A stretch of 63,370 nt of DNA, filler included, from Choristocarpus tenellus KU-1152 (Eukaryota; Protista; Phaeophyceae), in NCBI GenBank assembly GCA_964200185.2. It is 7 parts of 7 records of this genome, joined end to end, with 100 filler letters (N's around TTAATTAATTAA, not from the genome) between each part and the next. Parts side by side here need not be neighbours in the genome. Positions count along the whole stretch, not along the records: positions 60,292 to 63,370 come from CAXNAD020022467.1; 6 more parts are not named here. One strand, written 5' to 3'. Position numbers and translations under genes: made by a program. Under the pieces are notes generated by a model, which worked only from the letters and a program-made list of their open reading frames with translations, ran no database searches and was not told where the DNA came from. Position 1 is the first letter of the stretch; every line of letters starts with the position of its first letter. Shown here piece by piece: positions 61,550 to 63,370 of the stretch.

Positions 61550-62990
61550 TTTGAGACCATTGGGTGATATTGCCCAGGGTTGGGAGTGTGGTGCGGAACA
61601 ATTTGCCTAAGGATGTTAGTGGAGATTTCAAAAGACATGTAGCCTTCCCAAATATTACAATGTTGGAGTTGATGGGCATGGTAGTCAAGCCCTGAGTAAT
61701 GGCGATTTTGCATCAGAACAGACCTCTTTCTGAAGGGTATCAGGTGGTGATTAGGGGTGATAATATGTCTGTGGTAGCATGGGTGAATATGTGTGGGGGG
61801 GTCAGAAGCCGCAGGTAGGAGCACTGATGAGAGTATTGGCATGTATTGAATGGAAAGGGGCTGGTGTCATGTGCGTTCAAAACTTGCCCCTGAAAAAGGA
61901 ATTAGTTGGCAGATGCATTTCGAAATAGCTAAGAATGTTCTTGGATCCCAACCGATACACCGGTCACTTATCAGGACCAGGGGGTGAAGTGGATGATTTT
62001 ATCTCTTCCTCAGTATCTAGCAATTCGACTTACTGGACTGTTCCATTGGAGAAAACTCTCTGGCAAACTATAAGTGCCAATGAAGAGAATGGATGGGTGC
62101 CCTGCGGCATGGTTGGGATAAGGGTGCAAATTGGAGGAGGCAGCGGGGGTAGAGAGCGCAACCATGGAATAAGCAAAGTTTTGCGATGATTCTGCTATGT
62201 GAAGAGGAATTCATTGGGAAAGATGTGGTGTAAACTGTCGATCACTCTTACAATTTCCATAAGATACTTAGAGGCCAGCAATTAACCACAAGTCATGAGT
62301 TCCTAAGATCAGTAGGGAAGGGAATTGAGCATATGTAAGGGAAGACCATGGCAGGAACAAGGATACGAACGGCTCCATCACGATCGATGATTCTGAAAGG
62401 ACTAGAGATCTGGAGAGGACCAGATGCCCCACAAAATATGCTATGCATGGGTTTGGAGTTAAAAATTAACTTTCTTCTACTTGGAAATGTGTGCGTATGA
62501 GAATAGGTTGGTGAACAAGGATTTTGGTTTGACATGGGGGGATTTAGTTTTTTTTGGGGGGGGGAATCAGCAGAGCTCGTAGAACAGGGGAGCATCAAAG
62601 AGGGTTGAAGTGCAGGTCAACAGATCAAACACGTGCCAGTAGAGGGTGAATTTGATGGTTCCGAGGGTGTGTACATACAGGACTCAGAGACAGGACGGAT
62701 GGAAGACAGATGGAGCAGTGTACCTGACTTTGAAAATTCTGGTCACCTATCCTACTCTAGTGAAGGGCGCCCTGTTGGTGCCATATGAGATGGGGGTAAG
62801 ATTCTCGTTTGCATGCGCTCTGCCCACGACCCTGTGTAAGGTAGTAATCCATTGTGAGGGTAATCCTGTAGATCATGTGCTACACTCTAAGAGGATTGGG
62901 GCGGCGACAAGGTTGGCATCTATGGGGGGGTGTCCGCATTTGAGATACAGATGGCACACGTTCGTGACACTGCTGAAGGGGTAGGACCAC
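61550..62990 (+). mobile_element. Decayed DIRS/Ngaro retrotransposon: RNase H followed by tyrosine recombinase
   Basis: ITMLELMGMVV...VVIRGDNMSVVAWVNMCGG...ALMRVLACIEWKGGWC is DIRS-type RNase H. Downstream VEVQVNRS..CQ and LHSKRIGAATRLASMG match the YR box II HSLRIGAAT. Confidence 0.85.
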
Positions 62991-63370
62991 TGCTGGACCC
63001 TTAATTGCTTTTTGAATAGAGTGGCAAAAATAATTTGTTACAGGCGCCCCTCAGAAGCTCACCTCCATAGGATGTATAGCTCCAACCCACGGTCTTATAG
63101 ATGATACTGATGTAGGTATAAGACTCCTGATGCACAAGTCGTCAAGTATGCTGGATCTCTCACTTGGATTATCGTAAATATCATGGTATAAAAAGGGACT
63201 GATCAACAATGTCGATCACAATCGGGGACCACAATGACCAAATAATAAATAAAGAATTAAGAAGTACAAATATATCAAATCTCGAACTTCAATGTCATAA
63301 TGGTGATTATGAAACCGCCATCAAGACGTATCGCCTGTGACATGCCCCCCTAGCATGAAGCATAACTGCT

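Overview
Eukaryotic nuclear scaffold, most likely from a brown alga or related stramenopile. This is inferred from the long GT-AG introns, Ectocarpus-like genes and transposon types, and an ASAF-like plastid-targeting motif. The window is about seven contigs joined by artificial N44-TTAATTAATTAA-N44 spacers. Three spliced genes are well supported: (1) a 5'-incomplete receptor-like gene with polymorphic-membrane-protein (GGA[I/L]/FxxN) repeats, a Cys-rich linker and a multi-pass TM domain (+, 1867-10866); (2) a complete 5-exon, probably plastid-targeted aldo/keto reductase of the pyridoxal reductase PLR1 type (-, 38282-35624); (3) a 3'-incomplete GT14 (core-2/I-branching/xylosyltransferase-like) gene (+, 41912-48652). 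There are also two weaker gene models. Most of the rest is decayed mobile DNA: a plant-type mariner, RTE and CRE-like LINEs, two DIRS/Ngaro relics, a Copia relic, a possible hAT relic, a solo LTR, a long-TIR element and three MITE families. The most unusual observations are two MITE families that share a TIR core, make mostly 4-bp TSDs and nest inside each other, and a decayed spare copy of an exon inside an intron of the repeat receptor gene. All family assignments come from motif recognition by eye, not from database searches.
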